DNA of 34,963 nt from a virus. Its lineage: Duplodnaviria; Caudoviricetes. The stretch lies in IMG/VR virus record IMGVR_UViG_3300037519_000043, positions 1 through 34,963 of that record; one strand, 5' to 3'. A program made the position numbers and the translations under genes. Positions 6,336-14,344 of this stretch are shown here, piece by piece (position 1 is the first letter of the stretch; each line of letters starts with the position of its first letter). Under the pieces are notes generated by a model, which saw nothing but the letters and a program-made list of their open reading frames with translations, was not told the origin of the DNA and made no database searches.

Positions 6336-8551
6336 TTCACTTCATTTAACATATTATAAATACTTTGTCTACTTACACCCAACAATTCAGCTAATTCTTT
6401 TTTATTAAAGTCAGGGTTTAATTTATAAGCTTCTATAACTGTTTCTTTTTTAGATTTCGTTTTATTGTTAGTAATAACTTGTTTTAATTCTCCTACTTCA
6501 ACACTATCAATCTTAATCTTTTTAGCCATATTGATAAAGTATTTGCTTAATTTTTCAGCAGCTAACATTGATTCCTTAGAAATTACAAACATACTTTTTG
6601 ATTTACCCTCATGTGCGTATAAAACATTTAACATTAATGCAAATCTTGGTATGTAAGATTTTTGTTTTGGCAACATACTTTTCATGTATTCATTTTCAAT
6701 ATCTGAATTTTGAATAGCTGTTATTTCTTTATCTATTCTTTTATACTCAATTTTAGCTTCGGGACTTAATAATGCAACGTGTGATATTATTTCATCATCT
6801 GAATCTTTTAGCAAATATTCTTTTTTTATCTTATCGTAAAAATTTAAAATATAGCTATTATACCATTCGTGTACCTCTTCATCCATTTCAGCATCACTAA
6901 ACTCTTCAATCTTCACATCAGGATAACAAGTTAGCATCCTATCTACAAATCCATTATCTTTATTTTCAGCACTAAAAAAACCATTTAAAATACCCGGTTG
7001 TATACCTCCTAAAACAGGGATGATAGGACTTTCAATAAAAGCATTTTTTGATGTTCTTCTGTTAAGTGAAACCCCCTTGTTTGACCATGTAGACAACCAA
7101 AACTCTAAATCTGAACCTGCTCGATATTTATTCATATCTTTTAACCATCCTGACAACTCATCTTTAAACACTCCAATAGAGTTTTTATTCTCTGAATGTA
7201 AATCAATAAGGGCTTCAAGTGTAATATCGTTTGCGATAAACTGAGTTTTTTTTGGTTGCTTTTGTTCTTCAACACGTTCCTTTTCTTTTTTATCTAATTC
7301 TTGATATTTCTCAAAGGCAGTCATTTTTTTAATGTAATTCTTTATCTCATTACTATTTGCTTTGTGCAATGGGAAAATAACGTTTTCAATGTTTGGCGTT
7401 TTACCAACTCCAGGTTTACCCACTAAAGCCAACCATAAATTAACAGATTCAATCCAACCTGTTTTTACTTGTACTTTTATAGAATTTCCAATAATAACAG
7501 AAAGAACCCACATAAAAGCGCAACCCATATAATCTATTGAACTGTTTAACGTTCTGTTACATTCTAACAAATAGTTTTTAATATTATCAGGGTAAATATC
7601 TAAAGGAAAAGTTAAATCTTCTTGATTTATTATAACCTCTTTTCTTATAGATTCAACTTCTTTTACTATTCTACTTCCATAACCTTTTTTATATAGTTCA
7701 CTTGCTGACTCTGTATAGTCTCCATTATGGTATTTGATAGTGTATAAATTAAATGGACTTAATAATTTTTCATTTGGGTACATTGTACCTGTTGAAAATA
7801 GAAATAAACACCCTGTATTTTTAAATACATATCCTGAATGTGGACTTGTTGCCCCATGTCTTTTTATTACATAAGAGTTTTGTGTATTTCTAACTATTGT
7901 AAATTCATCGTCAATTATGTCAAATACTGAATGTTTATTGTTATAATCTTCCCACGGTGTGATTTCATTTTTTACAATGTATTCAGACTTTTTCGGTAGC
8001 TCTATTGTTTTAGGGTCTTTGTAATCATAGGTCTTAGAAATAGACCAAATTATATCTCTTTCCTCTTCAGTGATATAATCTATTTGGTGATATTCTTTTT
8101 CAGTTAGAAAGTTATCATAAATAACAACAAAACCACCTACACCCCTTGTTTCAATTATTGCCTCAGTCATACCTTCAAGCTTTGCTATTTTGGTATTTCC
8201 AATAATAGTTTTAGACTTATAAAGAATATGATAACCACCCTTTTGAGTTTTAGATATTACTACCTTATCCATGAAGTCCTCTATGTTATCACACAGGAAT
8301 GCAAGGTATTCATCCCACCACTCTTTTTTTTCTGTTACAGTACCTAAAACTTTTAAATCTATGTCTATAACCTCTAAATCATTAAATCCTGTTACAAGTC
8401 CGTATTTAGGGCAATTTAAAAGTTCTATTTGTTCTGTATCTCTTTTAGATGTTTGATAATCTTTCCATACGCCAATAGGTCTTTTATCTTCATCACAGGG
8501 TATAATACTATACCCTATTGATGAAAGTTTTTTTAAATATTCTTTAATCAT
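6326..8551 (-). CDS. Bifunctional primase-polymerase fused to a DUF3987 P-loop ATPase and a C-terminal HTH
   Basis: GYSIIP...K.P...WK.YQ; VIDID; T..GGYH..Y; IETRG.GG; GKPGVGKT; DELSGW; NGF.DR.L; LAELLGVSRQSIY. Confidence 0.88.
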   Translation of the reverse strand: MIKEYLKKLSSIGYSIIPCDEDKRPIGVWKDYQTSKRDTEQIELLNCPKYGLVTGFNDLEVIDIDLKVLGTVTEKKEWWDEYLAFLCDNIEDFMDKVVISKTQKGGYHILYKSKTIIGNTKIAKLEGMTEAIIETRGVGGFVVIYDNFLTEKEYHQIDYITEEERDIIWSISKTYDYKDPKTIELPKKSEYIVKNEITPWEDYNNKHSVFDIIDDEFTIVRNTQNSYVIKRHGATSPHSGYVFKNTGCLFLFSTGTMYPNEKLLSPFNLYTIKYHNGDYTESASELYKKGYGSRIVKEVESIRKEVIINQEDLTFPLDIYPDNIKNYLLECNRTLNSSIDYMGCAFMWVLSVIIGNSIKVQVKTGWIESVNLWLALVGKPGVGKTPNIENVIFPLHKANSNEIKNYIKKMTAFEKYQELDKKEKERVEEQKQPKKTQFIANDITLEALIDLHSENKNSIGVFKDELSGWLKDMNKYRAGSDLEFWLSTWSNKGVSLNRRTSKNAFIESPIIPVLGGIQPGILNGFFSAENKDNGFVDRMLTCYPDVKIEEFSDAEMDEEVHEWYNSYILNFYDKIKKEYLLKDSDDEIISHVALLSPEAKIEYKRIDKEITAIQNSDIENEYMKSMLPKQKSYIPRFALMLNVLYAHEGKSKSMFVISKESMLAAEKLSKYFINMAKKIKIDSVEVGELKQVITNNKTKSKKETVIEAYKLNPDFNKKELAELLGVSRQSIYNMLNEVKCS

Positions 8552-8856
8552 AACTCTATAATTTTACTTCTTTTATGATACACTCTATAAATATCTTCAT
8601 ATGTTTCAGCAAGTTTATTTTTAAAGACAACCTTATTAACTATCTTAGAAATATTAAAGTCATAGTTGACACCATATTTTCTTTTTTCAAATCCTAATTC
8701 AGTCATTACGTCAATTATTTCTTGATTAGAAACGTAAACACCAATTGAACTCTCGCAAATATGCTTTAAACTATAAGAACCTGGAGCATTTGAATTAACG
8801 TTTTTAGTTCTTGTAAGGGCATTTTCCACCCATTTTTTTATGTATTCTGTTTTCAT
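8548..8856 (-). CDS. Conserved hypothetical (SYxLKHxxE...YVSN...M...GF motif)
   Basis: Motif recalled from primase-adjacent phage proteins; coupled to the primase gene. Confidence 0.65.
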   Translation of the reverse strand: MKTEYIKKWVENALTRTKNVNSNAPGSYSLKHICESSIGVYVSNQEIIDVMTELGFEKRKYGVNYDFNISKIVNKVVFKNKLAETYEDIYRVYHKRSKIIEL

Positions 8857-8860
8857 AATC

Positions 8861-9064
8861 TTAAATTGTTGTTACAAATATATACTCTAAATCTAACCAA
8901 TCATTTTTGGATATTTTAATCACTTGGATGACTTCATCATTAAAATCAAATGTGTCTTTCAAATTAATTTCTCCAAAACTTTCACCTACAGGATTAACTT
9001 TCAAATTATCTACGTTAATCATAAGCCTTTGTAATTCCCCTTTTCTTTCTTTAAACTTTTTCAT
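8861..9064 (-). CDS. Hypothetical protein
   Basis: Fills the operon; likely start MKKFKE. Confidence 0.65.
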   Translation of the reverse strand: MKKFKERKGELQRLMINVDNLKVNPVGESFGEINLKDTFDFNDEVIQVIKISKNDWLDLEYIFVTTI

Positions 9065-9066
9065 AA

Positions 9067-9291
9067 TTACCATTCTGTTGTGTTAGTTATACAATAATTA
9101 TCTCCTGGGTGTGCATTCATCCAATCCCCCTCTGTTAGATAAAATGTTTTTAAATTATTAGTGTTTGAATTTCTAATTGTAATAGAGTACTCATGTACAT
9201 TATCACTTACTATTCTACCACACGTTGATGGTTCTTTTGAACAGCTTAACATAGTTAATACTGTTGCTACTGCTAACATTACTTTTTTCAT
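9067..9291 (-). CDS. Small lipoprotein
   Basis: MKK, hydrophobic core, then MLS-C-SKE lipobox. Confidence 0.75.
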   Translation of the reverse strand: MKKVMLAVATVLTMLSCSKEPSTCGRIVSDNVHEYSITIRNSNTNNLKTFYLTEGDWMNAHPGDNYCITNTTEW

Positions 9292-9293
9292 GA

Positions 9294-9455
9294 TTACTTG
9301 TTTAATGATGGGTTGTGTACTACACTTAAAGTTGTGCCGTCTTTTAATACTGTCGTTTTAATTGTGTAAGCCACACTTTTTAACGATCTTGTTTGTTCTT
9401 TTGTCGAACAACTTGCTAAAGCTAACAAGCCTAAAGCAATTACTAGTTTTTTCAT
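9294..9455 (-). CDS. Small lipoprotein (53 aa, MKKLVIALGLLALASCSTKE...), not in ORF track
   Basis: Manual translation; LAS-C lipobox. Confidence 0.75.
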   Translation of the reverse strand: MKKLVIALGLLALASCSTKEQTRSLKSVAYTIKTTVLKDGTTLSVVHNPSLNK

Positions 9456-9473
9456 ACTGTACTTATGTTAAAT

Positions 9474-9566
9474 TAAAAAACCCACATTGTGCTTTCGGAG
9501 TACAGCCTACTAACACAATATGGGTTTACAAATGTCTTTTGTTTTACGATGCCTGTACTTCATCTT
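9474..9566 (-). ncRNA. Kissing-loop leader RNA, copy C
   Basis: P1 GAUG/CAUC with loop AGUACAG complementary to CUGUACU (9499-9505); 16-bp stem, AGUA/GAA internal loop, U-tract. Confidence 0.75.
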
Positions 9567-9575
9567 AACACTCTA

Positions 9576-9606
9576 CAAATATAACTGCTATTTTCTTTGT
9601 TTGTTT
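9576..9606 (-). promoter_or_regulatory. Promoter of the replication operon: -7 TATATTTG overlapped by a near-match late motif AAACA-N16-GTTAT
   Basis: CAAATATA at 9576-9583; ATAAC at 9581-9585 and TGTTT at 9602-9606. Confidence 0.65.
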
Positions 9607-9654
9607 CACTTAAATAAAAAATAATGTTAATTTATAATCGTTCTAAATAATATT

Positions 9655-9826
9655 TGTAAAGTAGTGTAAAGTAGTGTAAAGTAGTGTAAAGTAGTTTTGG
9701 ACACTACTTTGTAGGTTTTATAGGGTTTGTAGCGTTTTTTTACACTTTTTACACGAAATAAAAAATTAAAAATATTTTTACGTTTTGTTTTATTTATTTG
9801 TTGGTGTAAAGTGTCCAAAGTGTAAA
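9655..9826. repeat. Candidate replication origin with iterons
   Basis: 4x tandem TGTAAAGTAG (9655-9694); inverted TTTTTACAC x2; 10-bp inverted repeat TTTGGACACT/AGTGTCCAAA; AT-rich centre. Confidence 0.65.
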
Positions 9827-9839
9827 ATTATACACACAC

Positions 9840-9866
9840 AAAAAAACCGACTTGTTAGGTCGGTTT
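9840..9866 (-). terminator. Intrinsic terminator of the early operon
   Basis: AAACCGAC/GTCGGTTT stem plus T-run on the minus strand. Confidence 0.8.
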
Positions 9867-9886
9867 AGTTGGTTATAAAACTTTTT

Positions 9887-10147
9887 TTAATAGGTAAAGT
9901 AATTCTTTAATTTGTTTATGTGCATTTGCACCACTCTTTTTAATCCTTCTACTTCTGATTTAAATTCGTTAACTCTTTGATTATGGTTTGCTGCTATTCT
10001 TGAGTTTCTTCGCTTTAAATAAGAACCACCAACTCCATTCTCATTATGTTTTAAAGCCGTATTGTTATCAATGTAACTTTGAAGATATTCAATCCTTTCG
10101 TTTATTTCGTTTATTCGCCTGCTGTGGTGTTCTTCTACTGTTTCCAT
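9887..10147 (-). CDS. Hypothetical coiled-coil protein
   Basis: 86-aa ORF with coupled start. Confidence 0.65.
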   Translation of the reverse strand: METVEEHHSRRINEINERIEYLQSYIDNNTALKHNENGVGGSYLKRRNSRIAANHNQRVNEFKSEVEGLKRVVQMHINKLKNYFTY

Positions 10148-10512
10148 TAAAACTTTTTTAACATTTCAATATAGCCCTCATCTTCTGCGTATCCTATCTT
10201 TTGTAAGAATACGTAATAATCGCCTTTAACGTATCTTTTATCTTGCCAAGTCTTGTAATACTCTACGCAAGCGTCAACGCTCTTAAAACGCATTAAACGA
10301 CCCTTATATATGAATCCAAACGCGTTGTTGTACTCCGTGAATGCTCTGCTAACTCCATTTCCTGTTTCAAGGCGATATTGTGCGTAAACAATCTCAGGAT
10401 GTTTTATCCCCTTGTCTTTGATTTGCTGTAAAGTCAATTGAGCGCCACAGATACTGCTCATCAGGAGACAACTCGTCATAAGTAGGGGTTTTATAAATGT
10501 AATCTTCTTCAT
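10147..10512 (-). CDS. GH73/glucosaminidase-like peptidoglycan hydrolase with signal peptide
   Basis: HP.IV.AQ..LETG; NNAFG; GYAED..Y; hydrophobic N-terminus. Confidence 0.75.
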   Translation of the reverse strand: MKKITFIKPLLMTSCLLMSSICGAQLTLQQIKDKGIKHPEIVYAQYRLETGNGVSRAFTEYNNAFGFIYKGRLMRFKSVDACVEYYKTWQDKRYVKGDYYVFLQKIGYAEDEGYIEMLKKF

Positions 10513-10702
10513 AATATGCTTCGTTTTTATGCCCAAAATATAGGCTTGTTATATACTTTTTTCCTTCCCATGTTGCGATTGCGTGTCCAACGGTCGCAAC
10601 AGGAACGTTTAAATGTTTAGCGATGTCCAACTGAATCCAGCCTGCTTCGAGCATATTACGCACACGCTCGTAAATGTAATCATAACTCGAAGGGCTTTTC
10701 AC
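10394..10702 (-). CDS. HTH-domain protein
   Basis: MLEAGW.Q.DIAKHLNVPVATVGH. Confidence 0.65.
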   Translation of the reverse strand: MKSPSSYDYIYERVRNMLEAGWIQLDIAKHLNVPVATVGHAIATWEGKKYITSLYFGHKNEAYYEEDYIYKTPTYDELSPDEQYLWRSIDFTANQRQGDKTS

Positions 10703-11009
10703 AATAACAATTTATTAAAATGTTTTGAAACGGTGCGTCTTGGTCGTAATCGGTAACCATGTACTCACCTGACCCTCCACACGTTGTACATTGGTTAATT
10801 TCTTTGAAGTTGTCAAATTGTTCTAACTCCATCGTTGTACAGATACGGTCGCCTATTTCATCGTAAACTAATCCGTCTTGTATGTAAAGACGCTCTCTAA
10901 GGTCTTCAAATGATGCGTATACACTATCAGCATCAAGGCTTACAAATTCAACGTCAGAAGGCATAATTAACGTGTCTACCTTGAATATTTTTTTAATTAA
11001 CTTCCTCAT
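10680..11009 (-). CDS. Hypothetical protein with a DnaJ-like Cys motif
   Basis: CTTCGGSG...CYC. Confidence 0.65.
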   Translation of the reverse strand: MRKLIKKIFKVDTLIMPSDVEFVSLDADSVYASFEDLRERLYIQDGLVYDEIGDRICTTMELEQFDNFKEINQCTTCGGSGEYMVTDYDQDAPFQNILINCYCEKPFEL

Positions 11010-11145
11010 AACTTCTACCTATTAAATAACAACCTAATAATCCAAATGCAATCCATATTGCTGTGGATGTATTCCAGTAGCGATTTACAAATCCTACTGA
11101 AATAATACATATTAAAATGTAAAGTAAAGTTCTAGCGTGCTTCAT
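10993..11145 (-). CDS. Small two-TM membrane protein (50 aa), not in ORF track
   Basis: MKHARTLLYILICIISVGFV...AIWIAFGLLGCYLIG. Confidence 0.65.
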   Translation of the reverse strand: MKHARTLLYILICIISVGFVNRYWNTSTAIWIAFGLLGCYLIGRSYEEVN

Positions 11146-11308
11146 GACCCATAATTTTTAAAATGAATAAATAATTTTCTCCTACAAGTTTTTGTACTTC
11201 GGTTTTTAACTTTTCTGAATACGGTACTTTTTCGCATTTGTTACCATAACCAAAATTTTCTCTAATTTCGGTAATTTGGCTTTCAATTAAATCTGCTGTT
11301 TTCATCAT
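11132..11308 (-). CDS. Hypothetical protein (58 aa, MMKTADLIESQ...), not in ORF track
   Basis: Manual translation; coupled start. Confidence 0.6.
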   Translation of the reverse strand: MMKTADLIESQITEIRENFGYGNKCEKVPYSEKLKTEVQKLVGENYLFILKIMGHEAR

Positions 11309-11568
11309 TTTTCTCCAAATAAATTTTCAAAATAATTATCTTCTTCATATTTTTTTTCGCATTCTGCTTTATCATCATTTTGCCCCGGGTAATAATAATC
11401 AACATGACTTACCATTCCCGTTACAAAAGCTGATTTTATAAATGCTTCAAATAACATTTCGGCTTTTTGATATGAATTTAACATATCTACATTAATTTTA
11501 GTTCTAAAATCTTTACCAAATAAATCACTCATTAAAGTTTCTATTGGTGTTTCTCTAAATTTTTTCAT
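11305..11568 (-). CDS. Hypothetical early protein
   Basis: ORF in the early operon. Confidence 0.65.
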   Translation of the reverse strand: MKKFRETPIETLMSDLFGKDFRTKINVDMLNSYQKAEMLFEAFIKSAFVTGMVSHVDYYYPGQNDDKAECEKKYEEDNYFENLFGEK

Positions 11569-11572
11569 GATT

Positions 11573-11785
11573 TTAAATATTATAAGCGTTATAATTAATA
11601 TCGTAATTGCCTACATCATTTGATTTTTCAACTAATATAGTCGCAATTGCTAAACTTTTGCTATCTCCTAATCTAACTAAACAGTTAAATGTTTCAATTT
11701 CCTTTTTTCCTTCCCAAGAAAATAAAATATTTTCTATTTGTTTTTCTGTTAGTTCAGATGCAAGCGTGTAAATTTCATTTTCCAT
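11573..11785 (-). CDS. Hypothetical early protein
   Basis: First ORF after a consensus promoter. Confidence 0.7.
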   Translation of the reverse strand: MENEIYTLASELTEKQIENILFSWEGKKEIETFNCLVRLGDSKSLAIATILVEKSNDVGNYDINYNAYNI

Positions 11786-11810
11786 TGTGTTTATGTTTTT
11801 AATTATATTA

Positions 11811-11841
11811 CAAATTTAAACATTTATTATTAATACGCAAA
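11811..11841 (-). promoter_or_regulatory. Early promoter TTTG-N19-TAAATTTG
   Basis: Bacteroidota -33/-7 consensus. Confidence 0.85.
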
Positions 11842-11850
11842 CTTTTAAGC

Positions 11851-11880
11851 AAAAAAAAAGCGATTTATTTCTAAACCGCT
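11851..11880 (-). terminator. Terminator at the end of the late/lysis operon
   Basis: AGCGGTTTA/TAAATCGCT stem plus T-run. Confidence 0.8.
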
Positions 11881-11902
11881 CCAAAACACACGTATAAAGG
11901 TA

Positions 11903-12490
11903 CTAAAATTCTTCTAATAAACAGTATGTTATCCTATTTTGATTTTTAATCATGTTAATGATCATGCTGTATTGTTCTACATTATTACACACTTGGCACC
12001 CTGCTGAATAGCCACCGATATTTTCACCAATCTTTTTTACGGATAAATCATTTGAAATACTGTGAAAGTTGATTCCGTAACCACTCCCCTTGATAGGTAT
12101 TCCAATTTCCTCACTTTTACCATCACGGTCTCCGTCACGGTAAACGATAAAGTTACCAACTTGACGTAATGCAGGCATTTTACCTTGGTGTAAACCATAA
12201 GCCCAAACATCGTAATACCATTCGTTGGATTTAACAACTGCTGCACCTACTTTGTTATACTTCAAATAACCACCTTCTAAAATTGGTGTACCGGGGTTAG
12301 TTGTACCTGTAACAACTTTTACAAATTGTTCACCGTTAAATAAGTAAAACTTGTCGTCGTACTTGTTTGGTGCATCCTCATTGCTTCTAACTCCAAGAAT
12401 CCAATATCCTAATGGAATAGTTTTGAACGACTTCAACTCTTCTACTCTATCAAGTAGTTGGTCTGTTGTGTAGTTTCTAACGTTGCTCAT
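11903..12490 (-). CDS. Putative endolysin with L,D-transpeptidase-like His/Cys motif
   Basis: GINFH...SAGCQV; last gene of the late operon, after a holin-like gene. Confidence 0.65.
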   Translation of the reverse strand: MSNVRNYTTDQLLDRVEELKSFKTIPLGYWILGVRSNEDAPNKYDDKFYLFNGEQFVKVVTGTTNPGTPILEGGYLKYNKVGAAVVKSNEWYYDVWAYGLHQGKMPALRQVGNFIVYRDGDRDGKSEEIGIPIKGSGYGINFHSISNDLSVKKIGENIGGYSAGCQVCNNVEQYSMIINMIKNQNRITYCLLEEF

Positions 12491-12683
12491 CTACTGTAAG
12501 TTGTGATAATACTCCTGCTACTGAACCAACTGCAACCATATAAGGTGCAATTGCCAAACCAAAAGGCGGTGCGATTAAGACTGCTCCTATTCCTCCGATT
12601 GCTATTCCAACACTTTGCACTTTTTTCCAAAAGTTGGGCGTCGGTGCATTCCATCTATTTCTTAATAACTTCAAAACTTCCAT
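12477..12683 (-). CDS. Holin-like two-TM protein
   Basis: RW.APTP.FWKKVQ followed by two hydrophobic segments; next to the lysin. Confidence 0.6.
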   Translation of the reverse strand: MEVLKLLRNRWNAPTPNFWKKVQSVGIAIGGIGAVLIAPPFGLAIAPYMVAVGSVAGVLSQLTVDEQR

Positions 12684-12777
12684 CTGTAAATTTTATCATG
12701 TAATTACCTGAGTCGCTCCAAACCGTTTGAATGACTTTATTATTTATTATTTGCCCTTCGTAGAATTTACGCTTCAT
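12655..12777 (-). CDS. Mini-protein (40 aa, MKRKFYEGQIIN...), not in ORF track
   Basis: Manual translation; TAATG coupling. Confidence 0.55.
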   Translation of the reverse strand: MKRKFYEGQIINNKVIQTVWSDSGNYMIKFTDGSFEVIKK

Positions 12778-12983
12778 TACGGTAGTTCTGTTATTACTGG
12801 GTTATAGTCTATTTCGGGTAAAGTCCAACCAAATAAAATATCTGTTGTGCAATTGAAATACTCTTCATTTGAAATAAACCATACGCCGTTAGCGTCTAAT
12901 GTAGGATTGAAAAATTGAACACCGTCATATGTTTGCCCTACTAACTGTTCTTTTTGTTCTTGTGTCAATTGTCTTACTTTCAT
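12777..12983 (-). CDS. Small protein paired with the upstream fiber-like gene (possible chaperone)
   Basis: LT.EQKE.L.GQ....FFNP..D..G.WFIS.EE. Confidence 0.65.
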   Translation of the reverse strand: MKVRQLTQEQKEQLVGQTYDGVQFFNPTLDANGVWFISNEEYFNCTTDILFGWTLPEIDYNPVITELP

Positions 12984-13774
12984 TATACTTGACGAGATAA
13001 AGTTGTTTGAAATGATTGTACTGCTGAGTATAAATTAGCTGCTTCTGTGTCTGATAGGTCGTCACCGATTGATGCGAATGCACATTCTTTAGATGAAAAA
13101 TTAGCTGCACTTGGATTTTCATTTCTTGCACCGATGTATATTAATTTATTAGGATTCTCAGTAAGGTCTAATGTAGTATATGTACCTTCAGAAGTTCCAT
13201 TTTTATAAACTTCTTTATCTGAGGTTGACCTTCTTGTGCCTAACCAAAAACCTCTAGAATCAGTAGTAGATGTAAAGTTAGTACCTCCAGCTAAATTCCC
13301 AGATTGATAAGAATTTGCAACTCTTAAGTGTTGTATTTTAAGTGATGTGCTATCGTATATACCCATCTCAACTTGTATCCCACTTACATTGGTTCTTGAA
13401 TAATAAGATAAATGATTTATTAATGGTATAACTACTGAAGGGTTTAACTTAGTGTCAGCATAAGATGTTGTTCCATTTGGTAATGCACCAGTGCTTGAAT
13501 GTGTCCACCCACCATTAAAAACTAATCTATAAGCTGCATCTAAATCCCTTGAGTCTTTTAAATTCCACTTATGAGTTGAAGCAGTACCTCCTACGAATGG
13601 ATAAAGAGCTTTCATTTTAGTCCAAATGTTATAAGTTTTCAAATCAGTTACAAGCGTGTTAATCGCTGTTTGTTGTGTTGAATCTGAAATACTTGCGGCC
13701 GTAATGAATGAAAGTGCATCCGCATCAAAAGTTCCCCCACTACTTGCTATTATTCCGTGACTTGCTAATATCAT
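12983..13774 (-). CDS. Virion fiber or receptor-binding-like protein (beta-sandwich, lectin-like)
   Basis: DADA..FI.AA.I....Q..AI..LV..LK...IW.KMKA.YPFVGG; G/S/T-rich. Confidence 0.6.
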   Translation of the reverse strand: MILASHGIIASSGGTFDADALSFITAASISDSTQQTAINTLVTDLKTYNIWTKMKALYPFVGGTASTHKWNLKDSRDLDAAYRLVFNGGWTHSSTGALPNGTTSYADTKLNPSVVIPLINHLSYYSRTNVSGIQVEMGIYDSTSLKIQHLRVANSYQSGNLAGGTNFTSTTDSRGFWLGTRRSTSDKEVYKNGTSEGTYTTLDLTENPNKLIYIGARNENPSAANFSSKECAFASIGDDLSDTEAANLYSAVQSFQTTLSRQV

Positions 13775-13838
13775 TTAGGTAAATTTTAAGTTTAATTATG
13801 TTTTCCTCCTTTGGTTTATACTCTTTCTTTTTCTTCAT
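13740..13838 (-). CDS. Basic mini-protein (32 aa, MKKKKEYKPKEENIIKLKIYL...)
   Basis: ATGA-coupled to the adaptor gene. Confidence 0.55.
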   Translation of the reverse strand: MKKKKEYKPKEENIIKLKIYLNDISKSRNNSK

Positions 13839-14335
13839 AAATACCAATTAGTTAAATAGTTATTATGTTGTGGGTAAACATCACCATTCTCATTCGTTGT
13901 ATACTCAGGAAATAAACTATTGTTTTTACAAATATAGTCTAAAAATCTTTGCGAGTAACTTTCAGCAATACGTTTTTCTTTTTCAATTAAGTAGTCAACT
14001 TCTTCCTTAGATACGATTTCACTATTTTCAGATTGGTGCTTATAAATCCCTTTATTTGAAATTGTGTAAGCGCAAAACGGTAAATATTCAACCATAGTGA
14101 AATGAATCAACATAGGCTTTAAATACGACCTTACAAGCGTTATATAATTACCCGACAAAGTGTTGTTGGTAATATCCGTTTTAATCTTATCCAATAGCTT
14201 ACTCCCCGTGTATTGTTGAATCCAAATGTTTTGCGCAACAAGAACAAATTGAATCACTTTGTCAACGTCTGTATTTGCGTTCAAAGAAGTGTATTCTTGT
14301 AGGTCTTTTTTTGATATTAATAATGCTTCTGCCAT
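13835..14335 (-). CDS. Head-tail adaptor/connector
   Basis: Follows the portal; AQ...I....G..L; RF.DY......FPEY. Confidence 0.65.
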   Translation of the reverse strand: MAEALLISKKDLQEYTSLNANTDVDKVIQFVLVAQNIWIQQYTGSKLLDKIKTDITNNTLSGNYITLVRSYLKPMLIHFTMVEYLPFCAYTISNKGIYKHQSENSEIVSKEEVDYLIEKEKRIAESYSQRFLDYICKNNSLFPEYTTNENGDVYPQHNNYLTNWYL

Positions 14336-14344
14336 GTCTTAAAA

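Noticed and set aside
9655-9694. CRISPR-like mini-array
   Set aside because: 10-bp tandem units with no spacers; no cas genes
9627-9818. 63-aa ORF in the ORF track
   Set aside because: Translation of the iteron region (TTLHYFTLLYTTL); it lies after a terminator and has no promoter
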